Assembly (NCBI RefSeq): GCF_963921235.1
Contig: NC_086102.1
Coordinates: 165,292,001 to 165,356,000 of the forward strand
Source of the DNA: Mobula hypostoma
Taxonomy: Eukaryota
Direction: 5' to 3'
Length of the DNA stretch: 64,000 bases
A program made the translations under genes and the position numbers. The notes under the pieces are model-generated. The model ran no database searches and had not been told where the DNA came from. It saw nothing but the letters and a program-made list of their open reading frames with translations. Shown in pieces: positions 1-12,417 of this stretch. Each line of letters opens with the position of its first letter. The stretch's first letter is position 1.

Positions 1-345
1 GCCGAACTCTTACTCTCACCTAGTCCCACCGACCTGCACTCGGCCCATAACCCTCCATTTCTTTCCTGTCCATATATCTATCCAATTTAATTTTAAATGA
101 CAACATCGAACTAGCCTCAACCACTTCTGCTGGAAGCTCATTCCACACAGCTACCACTCTCTGAGTAAAGAAGTTCCCCCTCATGTTACCCCTAAACTTT
201 TGCCCTTTAACTCTCAACTCATGTCCTCTTGTTTAAATCTCCCCCATTCTCAATGGAAAAAGCCTATCCACGTCAACTCTATCAGTCCCCCTCATAATTT
301 TAAACACCCCTATCAAGTCCCCTCTCAACCTTCTACGCTTCAAAG
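1..345 (-). mobile_element. CR1-clade LINE, 3' end fragment
   Basis: ORF 20..217 reads RGNFFTQRVVAVWNELP...FKIKLDRYM, the CR1 ORF2 C-terminus. Confidence 0.85.
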
Positions 346-1099
346 AATAAAGAATAAAATTCATGCATTAAAAAAAATCCTACCTATGGAGAAGCTTCAT
401 CAAGTTTCAATTGAAGAGAAACATGCGATTGAGTGAGGGAGAAGGACGATATTATTGCTATCTTCAGAGTCACTATTACTGGTAGTTGATTTATATTTCT
501 ACATTCTTTTTATAAACTTAATTTAAATTCAAAAACTTCAATGGCAGGTTTTGAATTTTTTCAGTGTATTAGTCTAATAATATTGCCTTTCTGTAATCAG
601 AGAATTTCCTAACAAATGAAATTATTACTACTTTACGTGGAGGAAAAAAATTGAGGGTATGTTTAACTTCTACCCGGAGGCAAAACCATGTGTTATCAGT
701 TTAGTCACTTTCCTTTCTTTCTCTGTTATCAGTTTAAAGTCAATGAATCTTCAATACAACGCCAGTAGCTGCTTGATAGAAGGGAAAATTCTTATCATTG
801 CATCAGTATTAACTTCCAGAATCCATAAACTTTGAGGTTGTTTTAAAAATACCAGATCAACTGTACTCAAAACATGATGCTCATTCTTCAGGTAGACCAT
901 AACCTATACTTTTGCCATGGTAGATAAAAGCTATTTAATCTAACAGTCTTCACATAATTCACATACTTAAGGAGGATTGAAAATTTTGCCAAGATTTTGT
1001 TGTTTTGTTAATTTATTCAAATATTTTTAGTATCTTAATTTGTTTCTGCCTTTTCTACTATGTTTTCAAGATTCATGATTGTTTAATGTAATTTCCAGT

Positions 1100-1465
1100 G
1101 CACAGTTTTGAAGGAGAATGAAATAATTGTTACTCTGGATCCAGTGCATCACAAAGATCACAATCAGATAAAGAACACAATAATTTAAAAAAACACAATA
1201 AATACATAGATTGATTATATGTCCATAAAGTGACGATAGGCATAGGAGTGTCTGTACATAAGGTGACTGACAGGAAATGATAAAGTAGTGGTGGTGAGGA
1301 GTGTGAAAGGGTGGATTAGTGGGTGGAGGTGTTGATCAGCCTTACTGCTTGGGGAAAGTAACTGTTTTTGAATCTAGTGGTCCTGGTGTGGAGCTACATA
1401 GCCTCTTCCCTGATGGGAATGGGACATACAGTCCATGAGAAGGTGGGTGGGGATCTTCATAATGT
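1100..1465 (-). mobile_element. Rex1/Babar-like LINE, 3' end fragment
   Basis: The reverse strand gives a degenerate LPSGKRL...TTRFKNSYFPQAVR C-terminal motif, also seen in the other Rex-like copies. Confidence 0.6.
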
Positions 1466-2269
1466 CCGAGTAACCTTATAGAACAGGATCATCAAACCTA
1501 AGTAATGTCTGATGTGCAAGCTTATGCGTAGATGTGGTATAACAGGCAACTGCAAATACCTAATGTTTAATAGGATGCAATATGCAATTTCTTCAAAGTG
1601 CATTTGTTTGCATATTTTGTGAACAGACAGTTATACGTGTTAATTGGTTGTCATTTTCTGCACATCGCTTCATTGTTTTCCATGGGAATTTCTCTGAAAC
1701 GTTGAGCAAGGCAGGCCTCCTCCTCTCAACCACCTTGCACATTTGCAGGTACCTTTGGAAATTCTCAAGCATAGTATTGATTATTTCCATCTGCACATTC
1801 ATTTTACCCCATGTAACCTTCAGTTGACAAAAATGTATTAAGATAGGAGCATTGGAATCTACAAAGAGGAACATTAATTTTGTGTTTTTTTTTTACCAGT
1901 GTAAGGATCTGTAAAGTTTATGGTCTTTTGAAAGCTGTTGACTTATTTCTAAACTTTCCCCTTTGTCAAGAATTTAACTGCAAATATCAATATTGGTATA
2001 AACTTGCCAACAGTTATTCTTGAAGTTTAATTTAAAGAAGTCCCAATGAGAGAAGAGCTTGCTGCATTTTAATCCCAAAACAATAAAATGCCACTAGGAA
2101 GAAATGTACCTAATTTTGTTAAAGCTCTCAACTTTTTTGAGCATTTATACTTGGGGTACTGAACAAGGTAATATTGCTGAGTGACAGCTGAATTTGTGAC
2201 CCATTGTTAAGTGTGAAATTTTATTCCCACTTGATGCCAGTTTCTTCCCTCGTTTCTGAAATAACTTGG

Positions 2270-2456
2270 AGACATAGGAGACTGTAGATGCTGTAATCTG
2301 CCACAAAAAGAGAAAATCAGCAGACACAAGAGATTTTATAGGTGCTGGAAATCTGAAGCAACACTCACAAAATGCTGGAGTAATCTGCAGGTCAAGCAGC
2401 ATCTGTCCATACAGAGGGTGGTGAATGTTTTGGGTTCAGACTATGCATTGGAGCCT
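2270..2456 (-). mobile_element. Degenerate short Penelope-derived element(s) of the hammerhead-tail family
   Basis: gctggaaatctgaagcaacactcacaaaatgctggag...gcagcatct is homologous to the copies at 22108 and 45545; the ribozyme end is eroded. Confidence 0.6.
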
Positions 2457-2596
2457 TGACCATATTTCAATTGTTATTAAGTTGCTAAACTTGAAACATA
2501 GTTTGATTTTTAATTTTTAAAAAAAATTCAAATTTTTGTGAATATTTTAAATTGATATTTTCAAACTTACAGAAGCTTTTGACAGTATATTGTACA

Positions 2597-4870
2597 TCAT
2601 AGAATAGTACAGCACAGTACAGGCCCTTTGGCCCACAATGTTGTGCCGACCCTTAAACCGTGCCTCCCATATAAACCCCACCTTAAATTCAACCATATAC
2701 CTGTCTAGTAGTCTCTTAAATTTCACTAGTGTATCTGCATCCACCACTGACTCAGGCAGTGCATTCCATGCACCAACCACTCTCTGAGTAAAAAACCTTC
2801 CTCTAATATCCCCCTTGAACTTCCCACCCCTTACCTTAAGGCCATGTCCTCTTGTATTGAGCCCTGGTGCCCTGGGGAAGAGGCACTGGCTGTCCACTCT
2901 ATCTATTCCTCTTAATATCTTGTATACCTCTATCATATCCCCTCTCATCCTCCTCCTCTTCAGCGAGTACAGCCCCAGCTCCCTTAATCTCTGATCATAA
3001 TGCATACTCTCTAAACCAGGCAGCATCCTGGTAAATCTCCTCTGTACCTTTTCCAATGCTTCCACATCCTTCCTATAGTGAGGCGACCAGAACTGGACAC
3101 AATACTCCAAGTGTGGCCTAACCAGAGTTTTATAGAGCTGCATCATTACCCCACGACTCTTAAACTCTATCCCTCGACTTATGAAAGCTAACACTCCATA
3201 AGCTTTCTTAACTACCCTATCTACCTGTGAGGCAACTTTCAGGGATCTGTGGACATGTACCCCCAGATCCCTCTGCTCCTCCACACTACCAAGTATCCTG
3301 TCATTAACTTTGCCTTGGAGTTTGTCCTTCCAAAGTGTACCACCTCAAACTTCTCTGGGTTGAACTCCATCTGCCACTTCTCAGCCCACTTCTGCATCCT
3401 ATCAATGTCTCTCTGCAATCTTTGACAATCCTCTACACTATCCACAACACCACCAATCTTTGTGTTGTCTGCAAACTTGCCAACCCACCCTTCTACCCCC
3501 ACATCCAGGTCATTAATAAAAATCACGAAAAGTAGAGGTCCCAGAACCGATCCTTGTGGGACACCACTAGTCACAACCCTCCAATCCGAATGTACTTTCT
3601 CCACCACGATCCTCTGCTTTCTGCAGGCAAGCCAATTCTGAATCCACCTGGCCAAACTTCCCTGGATCCCATGCCTTCTGACTTTCTGAATAAGCCTACT
3701 GTGTGGAACCTTGTCAAATGCCTTACTGAAATCCACGTAGATCACATCCACTGCACTACTCTCATCTATAAGCCTGGTCACCTCCTCAAAGAACTTTATC
3801 AGGCTTGTTAGACACAATCTGCCCTCCACAAAGCCATGCTGACTGTCCCTGATCAGACCATGATTCTCTAAATGCCCATAGATCTTATCTCTTAGAATCT
3901 TTTCCAACAGGTTTCCCACCACAGACGTAAGGCTCACCGGTCTATAATTACCCGGACTATCCCTACTACCTTTTTTGAACAAGGGGACAACATTCGCCTC
4001 CCTCCAATCCTTCGGTACCATTCCCGTGGACAACGAGGACATAAAGATTCTAGCCAGAGGCTCAGCAATCTCTTCCTTCACCTTGTGGAGCAGCCTGGGG
4101 AATATACCATCAGGCCCCGGGGACTTACCCGTCCTATTGTATTTTAACAACTCCAACACCTCCTCTCCCTTAATATCAACATGCTCCAGAACATCAACCT
4201 CACTCATATTGTCCTCACCGTCATCAAGTTCCCTCTCATTGGTGAATACCAAAGAGAAGTGTTCACTGAGGACCTCACTCACTTCCACAGCCTCCAGGCA
4301 CATCTTCCCACCTTTATCTCTAATCGGTCCTATCTTCACTCCTGTCATCCTTTTGTTCTTCACATAATTGAAGAATGCCTTGGGGTTTTTCTTTACCCTA
4401 CTCGCCAAGGCCTTCTCATTCCCCCTTCTTGCTCTCCTCAGCCCCTTCTTAAGCTCCTTTCTTGCTACCCTATATTCCTCAATGGACCCATCTGATCCTT
4501 GCTTCCTAAACCTCATGTATGCTGCCTTCTTCCACCTGACTAGATTTTCCACCTCACTTGTCACCCATGGTTCCTTCACCCTACCATTCTTTATCTTCCT
4601 CACCGGGGCAAATTTATCCCTAACATCCCGCAAGAGATCCCTAAACATCGACCACATGTCCATCGTACATTTCCCTGCAAAAAATATCCCAATTCACACC
4701 TGCAAGTTCTAGCCTTACAGCCTCATAATTTGCCCTTACCCAATTAAAATTTTTTCTGTCCTCTCTGATTCTGTCTTTTTCCATGATAATGTTAAAGGCC
4801 AGGGAGCGGTGGTCACTGTCCCCCAGATGCTCACCCAGTGAGAGATCTGTAACCTGACCCGGTCCTTACA
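2597..4870 (-). mobile_element. CR1 LINE, 5'-truncated, with a frameshifted ORF2 reverse transcriptase
   Basis: ORF 3239..4663 has KSPGPDG, NYRPVSLTS, QHGF, DFSKAFDKV, GVPQGSVLGPLLF and KFADNTK. ORF 2547..3284 has YKTLVRPHLEYCVQFWSP. Confidence 0.95.
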
Positions 4871-4984
4871 TCTTACCCTTACATCTACAAGTAATCTTTG
4901 GGAGAGAAAAGAACAAATCTGTGGCAAACTTTTGACATGTGCCATGGGTATTGAATTTTTGATGAGGGATCTCAACCCTCATGT

Positions 4985-5582
4985 TCCCCTTAAATAATTC
5001 ATCTTTTCCCCTTAACCTCTTTTTCCTGTTTCACCCAACCTCAGTGGAAAAAGCCTCCTTGCATATACTCTGTCTATACACTCATTAATTTGTGTACCTA
5101 TATCAAATCGTCTCTCATTCTCCAGGGAATAAAGTCCTAGCCTATTCAATCTGAACTTATAACTCAGGTCTTCAAGTACCAGCGACATCTTTGTAAATTT
5201 TCTCTGTACTCTTCCAGTTTTACTTACATCTTTCCTGTAGGTAGCTGACCAGAACTGCAGGCAATACTCAAAATTAGTTCTCAGCAACATCTTGTACAAC
5301 TTTAACATTCATCCCAACTCCTGTACACAATACTCTGATTTGTGAAGGCCAATGTGTCAAAAGTTCTGTTTATGACTTTATCTCCCTGTGACACCGTTTT
5401 CAAAAGATTATAGATTTGAATTCCCAGATGCATTCTTTTCTACCGCCCTTGTCACGACTCTACTGTTCACTGTGTGAGTCGTAGCCTGGTTTGTCATCCC
5501 AAAGTGCAACACCTCACACTTGTCTCCATTAAATTCAGTTAGCCATTTCTCAGCCCATTTTTCCAGCTGGTCCAGATCCTTT
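4985..5582 (-). mobile_element. CR1 LINE fragment
   Basis: ORF 5012..5308 reads LYKMLLRTNFEYCLQFWS, a degenerate CR1 ORF2 motif. Confidence 0.8.
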
Positions 5583-5849
5583 GATAGCCTGTATAATTTA
5601 TGTTCAATCTATGTTTTTCTTGTGAATCCGGCTTATCTGAAGCTACATGCCTGTGATGCTGCTGCAGTTAATTATTTCATTTCACTGCTGTATTCATGCA
5701 CTTGTGCCCATGACAATAAAAATGAGTTTGAAATTTTATTCCTAACTATCTTTGGCCTTTTTATAACCAGTATGGTAACTAATTGGGGGGGGGGGGAGGT
5801 AGTGGATGTAATGATAAGGAGAGATTGGATAGGGTGGATATCTTCTCAC

Positions 5850-6215
5850 TGGAAGATGGAAGATGAGATGATCTTAGTGACTGCAAAATTATGAAGGATG
5901 TGTACAGGATAGATCACCAGAATCTTTCGCTGGGGAATGGACTCTAGAATTAGGGAGGCACTGATTTAAAGTGAGGTGAAGAAATCTAAAGGAAATCTGA
6001 GGGGTACGCTTTCCCTTCGGAGCATGGCAATTATCTGGAATGAGCTACCAGAAGAGGTGATGAAGACAGATACAATGATAATATCTAAAAGATGTTTGGA
6101 TAGGTAAGGTGTAGTGAGCACAGGCTAAAGTGGACAGATGAGGTTACCAGTGATAGGTATGGATGAAGTAGGCCAAAAGAGCCCATTACTGTGCTGTACA
6201 GCTTTATGATTCTAT
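5850..6215 (+). mobile_element. Old CR1 3' fragment
   Basis: Degenerate WNELPEEV...KRCLDR coding remnant, followed by a CR1-like 3' tail (ctgtgctgtac...tatgattctat). Confidence 0.6.
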
Positions 6216-6409
6216 AATATCTAATTTATTTATACCAGTACCTACAAGATTTTGTTCTAATTGTGTTCTTTCATGTAAAATTTTTACAAGTAAAACACAC
6301 TCTCGAAAAAAAGGTCAATTGCAGTGCATAGTGAACAACATGGTCACATGTTGCAGTGATACTGAATTAACTTTTGCAGGTTGATTTAAGAACCAAATTG
6401 TTGAAGGCA

Positions 6410-6863
6410 TACAGACATTTACACCACATGCTGCTACCGCAAAGCAAACAGCATTATGAAGGACCCCACACACCCCTCTTACAAACTCTTCTCCCTCCTG
6501 CCATCTGTCAAAAGGCACTGAAGCATTCGGGCTTTCACGACCAGACTATGTAACATTTTCTTCCCCCAAGCCATCAGACACCTCAATACCCAGAGCCTGG
6601 ACTGACACCAACCTACTGCCCTCTACTGTGCCTATTGTCTTGTTTATTATTTATTGTAATACCTGCACTGTTTTGTGCACTTTATGCAGTCCTGGGTAGG
6701 TCTGTAGTCTAGTGTAGTTTTTGTGTTGTTTTACGTAGTTCAATGTAGTTTTTGTATTGTTTCATGTAGCACCATGGTCCTGAAAAACATTGTCTTGTTT
6801 TTTACTGTGCACTGTACCAGCAATTATGGTCGAAATGACAATAAAAAGTGACTTGACTTGACT
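6410..6863 (+). mobile_element. Rex1/Babar-like LINE 3' end with a (gactt)n tail
   Basis: Remnant IMKDPTHPSYKLFSLLPS...FFPQAIR; ends gacaataaaaagtgacttgacttgact. Confidence 0.75.
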
Positions 6864-7208
6864 GCTCCTTAAGCTGATGGTCTGGAACGTTAGTCTTCTG
6901 TACTTCCTGCCTGATGGCTGCTGCAAGAAGATGCATGGCCTGTATGGTGAGGATCTTTGATGATAGATGTTGCCTTCTTGAGGTTGATGAATGATGTGCT
7001 GAAGCTGTTAATCTTGTGCAGCTGTTTACAAGGGAAGAAGGAATAAACTGAGTATATACCTCAGATTCAAACGAGAGTAGCAATTGGGTCTGAAGCTCAT
7101 TCAGGTGAAGGAAACGAAAGGTAGTAGTTGAATGTTTTAATGCCTTGAAGCCTGTTAACAGTAAGTTTCCATCATGCTTAGGAATGGGATGCTTGTGTTT
7201 TTGTAATA

Positions 7209-7472
7209 AGTAAAGGCATCCGTTAGTCTTGTGAGACCATGGATCTGCGCCTGGAAAGTCTTCACTCTCCAGGGCGCAGGCCTGGGCAAGGTTGTATGGA
7301 AGACCAGCAGTTGCCCATGCTATAAGTCTCCCCTCTCCATGACACCAATGTTGTCCAAGGGAAGGACATTAGGACCCATACAGCTTGGCACCAGTGTCCT
7401 CGGCTGGGGCTCGAACTCACGACCTTCAGGTAGCTAGTCGAATGCCTTAACCACTTGGCTACGTGCCCACAC
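7209..7472 (-). mobile_element. tRNA-derived SINE with TSD, body probably RTE-related
   Basis: Minus-strand head gggcacgTAGCCAAGTGGttaaggc...gaGTTCGAGcc carries Pol III A and B boxes. A 10-bp TSD TTTTGTAATA sits at 7199-7208 and 7473-7482. Confidence 0.85.
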
Positions 7473-7495
7473 TTTTGTAATACATGCTAATGATT

Positions 7496-7624
7496 CTGAC
7501 GAAGGGTCTTGGCCTGAAACGTCGACTGCACCTCTTCCTACAGATGCTGCTTGGCCTGCTGCGTTCACCAGCAACTTTGATGTATGTTGCTTGAATTTCC
7601 AGCATCTGCAGAATTCCTGTTGTT
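7496..7624 (+). mobile_element. Short Penelope-derived element carrying a hammerhead core; 11-bp TSD
   Basis: Starts CTGACGAagggtcttggcctGAAACGTCgactg. TSD TGCTAATGATT at 7485-7495 and 7625-7635. Near-identical to the copies at 38919 and 59923. Confidence 0.9.
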
Positions 7625-8089
7625 TGCTAATGATTTAGACTTGTATTTAAGTGGCTTGATAAAGAGATTGATACAAAATTGACTGGTGATAACAATGAAG
7701 AGGAAATCTTTACACTGAAGGAAAATAAATATTGGGAATGAAATTGGTAAATGGAATTTAATCCAGAGAAGTATGTAATAATGTATCTGAGGAGGTGCAT
7801 CAAGGCAAAAGAATATATAATAAATAGGATATTAATGGATGTGGAGGAATGAGTTGATCAATTGCTGCCTTTAATAAGCTAATATTTTACTCAATGGTAG
7901 CCTGGTGTTTCTTTTGTGCTAATTTATGAATATTGTCCTTTAGGATTACTTTTAAAAAAATTAAGTTGAATGAAAATGATGCAGCATTGCATGTCAGTGC
8001 ACGTATTCGTTATCTGCATGTACTTTTATCTGGGTTTTATATTTTTAATTCTTGAGAATTTCACAATGTCATCACACCATTATATTTCC

Positions 8090-8588
8090 CCAGATGTGGC
8101 CCTGATGTTAATAGTTGTCATTAAGTGGGTAAAAATTCAGCATGTCACCAAATACTTAACACACTTGTACAAGATGCACTGTAAGAAGTACCATAACTGG
8201 TTGCATCATGGCCTTGTATGTCAGTTCCAACACAGTAATGCAAGAAGCTGTGGAGAGTTGTGGACACAGTCTAGTCCATCATGAGCACAGCCCTCCCCCA
8301 CCACCGAAAGCACCTACATGAGGAACTGTCTCAAGAAGGTTGCATTGATCATCAATGATCTTGGCAATGTCTTCATCTTGCTGCTACTATCAGGCAGGAG
8401 ATACCAAGACCTGAAGTCGCACAACACCAGGTGCAGGAACAGCTACTGTCTTGAATTGACCTGCATAACCCTAATCCTATCTCGGAAGTGGAATGCTACA
8501 GATCATCTCTTTGTTACTATGGGCTAGGTTTTAATTGTGATTTTGCACTAATGTTTTGCAGTCTTTTTCTTCACTGTCTTATATAATC
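8090..8588 (+). mobile_element. Rex1/Babar-like fragment
   Basis: ORF 8318..8527 reads CLKKVALII...LLLSGRRYQDLKSHNTRCRNSY. Confidence 0.7.
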
Positions 8589-8590
8589 TA

Positions 8591-8657
8591 CAGTACTTTG
8601 CAGAAGTCTGAGACACATACATATAGCTAGGATGCCCAAGACTTCTGCACAGTACTG
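8591..8657. mobile_element. 67-bp Tc1/mariner-type MITE
   Basis: TA|cagtactttgcagaagtct...agacttctgcacagtactg|TA: imperfect TIRs of about 19 bp with a TA TSD. Confidence 0.85.
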
Positions 8658-8719
8658 TAGGGTGCCATTACGATGATGAAAGATTGGTTATGGTTGTTTT
8701 TTTTTTGGCTGTGGGGGAA

Positions 8720-9075
8720 CTTGAGGTCAATTAAAACAATGAAGTGCCTAGATAGAGTTAATAAGAAGATCAATCTCCCTGTCAGAAGGATCAAAAACCA
8801 TGGGATTACAGACTCAGAGTGACTGGTAGAATTAGAGGGGATTTGCGGATTTTTTTTCTACCTAGAGGGTAGTAGGAGTCTGGAATTAATTGCCTGAAAG
8901 GTTGTAGAAGCAGAATACATTATCATAGTTAAGTAGCATTTGATTGTTCACTTAAAATGTATGACTAGCAGGGCCACGAATCAAGTGTTGGAAGATGGGG
9001 TTAGGCTAGACAGTTCTTTTTCTACCAACACAGACATAATAGGCCGAACGGCCTTCTGAGTTGCAAATTTTTCTA
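8720..9075 (+). mobile_element. Old CR1 3' fragment
   Basis: Degenerate RVVGVWN*LPE motif and a CR1-like tail (ggccgaacggcct). Confidence 0.6.
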
Positions 9076-9958
9076 TGAAGTAGGAAAAATAAGGCAGTCT
9101 CCATTCATTCTTATCTATTGCAGCTGATCCATAAATACATAACCTTTTAAAGTAATGAATCATTGTGTTTGACTTGTAACATTGGCCTTTATATTCACTG
9201 CAATCTGTTCTTTTCAGAATAGCTGTTCGGCAATTGCAAGCTATATTAAACTGATATTCTGATTTTGTTGTTTGATAGTTGCTTCATTTTTTTATGGTAT
9301 TTTTTGGCTGTGATAATTTATAGATGTGGTTCTTTGGAATCACATTTATGCAGTTTGTTTGCATAAGCTGAATAAAAATGACATGGAAGGGCATGAGTCA
9401 GTACACATACTCCAGTAATATCTGGTTGTTTTACACTTTTATTTCCAGTTGGCAATTTAAAATTATGGCCCTATCTGTACTTTAAATATGTGATAATGGC
9501 ATGTGTACCTAATAAGGGCCAGAACCATTTCTTCAAACTGTGTGAATAGTTGTCACTCACAAATGACAAATGCGCCGTCATTTGCTCTTTTCACGGCTCC
9601 CTAAAATCTATACCCTGGAATCAGGGCGATGAAATTAGCTGCTGTGTAAATTGTGTGTCTGAATGGTTCATTATCTAATCACCATTGGAGCTAGAATGAT
9701 AAAATAGATTTGATTCTGAGAAGAGCCATGGCAGATGAATTCAACTATTTTACAATTTGCACTTAATTTCTTATAGAAACAAAAATGGTGGGGTTCAGAA
9801 TTAAATGGGATATTGAATACAGTAGTGCACTTTCTAAATGCACTGTTGCTATCTTCAGTTTATTATTACATTTATATCAATGTACTCTGAGAAGGTACTT
9901 CTCTAACTTCTATTAACAAATCTTATTTTAAAAATTTCATTGTAAATGTCTCTTTCAG

Positions 9959-10134
9959 GAGCTTTTGAGGATGATGGTATTGTTCATATTGAAGGAAGTG
10001 TGGATCCTGTTCGCGATATTGAAATCATTCACGAAGAACTGAGACTAAAGGATGAAGAACTCATTATGCCCATTATTGACAAACTGGAGAAAGTGGCAGT
10101 GAGAGGAGGTGACAAAAAACTAAAACCAGAATAC
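9959..10134 (+). CDS. OLA1: OLA1 internal coding exon (equivalent to human exon 5), 176 nt
   Basis: Acceptor tctttcag|GA and donor TAC|gtaagt. Translates (R)[58 protein letters not shown], which closely matches vertebrate OLA1 as I recall it. Confidence 0.97.
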
Positions 10135-12009
10135 GTAAGTAAAATATCAGCCCCATCTCTCTCAGTCACCCCCTGCTTTTCTCCGGCTGTGTATGAAATA
10201 ATTGAAATGCACAGTCGATCTACTTTCTGCTTGTTATCCTTGGTCATTCTGTGACAGTTGTATTAAAGGACTGAGTTTAACATGATATTTCTGTATATAA
10301 ATTATAAAATTCTGAGGCCAGGAGTTGTAGACATCATTAGCACTGAGTTATTCATTCAGTGGGTAACCTTGGGTCAGAATGCCAGGCTAATGAAAGTATT
10401 TGGACAGACCTTTTACATGTTCAGAGCACTATACAGATCTTTAAGCCTTGTGCTTGATGTGACAGCTAGGGAAAATAATTCAAACTTATGATTTTTACTC
10501 GTGCAGAGCATCATTTCTGTTCTACAAGTTAAAGTTCTGGCCTTTTCATTATTTTCTCTGTCATTTATCTTGATGAAGCTATCCTGACTCTTTGTTGTAT
10601 TAACCAGCTGGGCCATTTCACCTGCTGAAACCATTAGGGGACTCGGTGTTTTCTCAGATTAATCCTCCTGACATTGGTTTTTGTGATGATGGCTGGAGCA
10701 GGCATTCAGAATTTGCAGGTGGCCAGTGACGCACATAATTGCTGACAATTTTAGGCAATGAATAAAAATGGTCTGCATCACTTGTCAAAGGTTGTATGTA
10801 AAGATGCCAAGTGAAATCTCCTGGATGCCTTTTTAAGCTATAAAGAATAGTTAGTGAGGATGATGTTTAGCATTTTCATATTGTAATGCATGTGCAGGTT
10901 GTTAGTGTCATGTCATTAAATTTTAAAATTGTAGAAATCAAAAATGTGATTGTCATGAAGATGTTCTGATGGAATAGAAAATTTACTACTTCGCAGATCT
11001 TTCATGTTTTTCTCACTGTCAATGTTCATCATATTGGCCAATTATAAAATTCTGTTTTGTATTTTTGGGGTAAAATGATCCCGAGTTTATATACTTGAAT
11101 TTTTGTAGAATCTTGCTATTTAAATGACTGCTTATCTTGCAAGTATTTAGACAATTAAAAATTTAATGTTAAGAACATTCTGTCTTTAGTACTGTTGCTA
11201 AAATATTTCCATCACAAAATATTTATCAGAAAATCTTATGTATACATTTTTGTACATAAGAGTCAAGCTTGACCTTTTAAACCTGCCTGCCTTTTATTAC
11301 CACCTGCTTGTAAAGGAAATTGTGCCACATGCAGCTCTCGATTCAGAGCAGTGAAATGGATAAGGAAAGGCTTTAAGAGTTCAGTTTGTGTCACTTGCTG
11401 TTTGCCGTTTCCATTTCACAGATGATTAATCTTTCTTTAAGGAACGGACAGAGAAACAAAGCAAGTTGTCTTCCTGCAGTTGCACCTTCTGAATGCTCAT
11501 TGGTTTGATAACTAGAAGGCCTTTAAATTTCCTGTTGAGAAAGATGTTCTGAAACTGAATGTACTGGTTGGAGATCACCAGCATGATTCTGTTACTATTG
11601 TGCAATTGAAGTGAATTTTCCTTTTCGTTTTCTGGAAGTGGGGAGGTATTGGCAAAAAGCAAATATAGAATAAGCTTTTTACTATTTTTGCTGGCTTCTG
11701 TGAGGTTGGATAAATGTGGATGTTTTATTTAGCTTCTTGTTCTCCCTTTATTTTCCATGTCTTCAGTCATTTATTTATTTTAATCCTGGTTTCCAATGTT
11801 GCTTTTCTCACACAAACTAGTGAGAATGATTACATATTTTTGAAAAGGTTATGTTGAAAGTTAACAAAAGTATTTTTCCCTTCCATTCCATGAAGCTTTT
11901 CCTTTGAAATAAAATACTATTTCAACAACTGGAAAATAATTGCCCAATTCTTGTAGAGTTAATTTACTTTTATAGATTGTAACACATTTGTTTTTGTATA
12001 ATCTTTTAG

Positions 12010-12090
12010 GATATAATGTGCAAAGTCAAGAACTGGGTTATAGATGAAAAGAAACATGTGCGCTTCTATCATGATTGGAATGACAAGGAG
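12010..12090 (+). CDS. OLA1: OLA1 internal coding exon (exon 6 equivalent), 81 nt
   Basis: ttttag|GAT...GAG|gtaaga. Translates [27 protein letters not shown]; phase 0/0, in frame with the previous exon. Confidence 0.97.
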
Positions 12091-12319
12091 GTAAGACTTG
12101 GAGCAATGTATTATATATATAAACTGCATTACATGTCATTTCATCCGACAAAAATCTTGTAATTAGGTTGTAAGAAGGACTGTTGTATAATTTACTTTCC
12201 TAGTTACTTAAAATGTCTCACATGTAGTATGACAAATATTGTTAAATTGATTCTTATTTGGTCTCTTCTTAGAAAGAAATTGAGCTCTGAAGTCTGCTTT
12301 TTTTTGGCTTTTTTAACAG

Positions 12320-12417
12320 ATTGATGTATTGAATAAACATTTACTCTTGACTTCAAAGCCAATGATTTATTTGGTTAACTTGTCTGAGAAAGACTACATT
12401 AGAAGGAAGAATAAATG
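12320..12417 (+). CDS. OLA1: OLA1 internal coding exon (exon 7 equivalent), 98 nt, with the NLSE G4-like motif
   Basis: ttttaacag|ATT...TG|gtgagt. Translates [32 protein letters not shown](W). NLSE in place of NKxD is characteristic of YchF/OLA1 ATPases. Confidence 0.97.

Larger units (their letters stand above)
7090..7850 (+). mobile_element. Old CR1 RT fragment interrupted by two younger insertions
   Basis: Removing the inserts and one copy of each TSD restores ttt gta ata cat gct aat gat tta gac (FVIHANDLD; compare CR1 FVIFINDLD). A W*MEFNPEK remnant follows at about 7746. Confidence 0.6.

Noticed and set aside
3239-4663. 474-aa reverse transcriptase as a functional or domesticated gene, or a retron-like system
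   Set aside because: It is an ordinary 5'-truncated CR1 ORF2 with a frameshift, no endonuclease domain and a mutated catalytic motif (FADN).
3335-4712. Several + strand ORFs of 66-130 aa
   Set aside because: They are antisense shadows of the minus-strand CR1 ORF2.
7400-7468. tRNA gene on the minus strand
   Set aside because: It has A and B boxes, but the acceptor stem does not close, and it is the head of a TSD-flanked SINE.
9946-10254. 102-aa ORF as a standalone gene or read-through isoform
   Set aside because: OLA1 similarity is confined to 9959-10134, which ends at a consensus GTAAGT donor; the rest is intron.
10683-10748. C/D box snoRNA (GTGATGA at 10683, CTGA at 10742)
   Set aside because: The terminal stem is only about 3 bp, there are no clear C'/D' boxes, and I recognise no rRNA guide. 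A snoscan or Rfam search would be needed.
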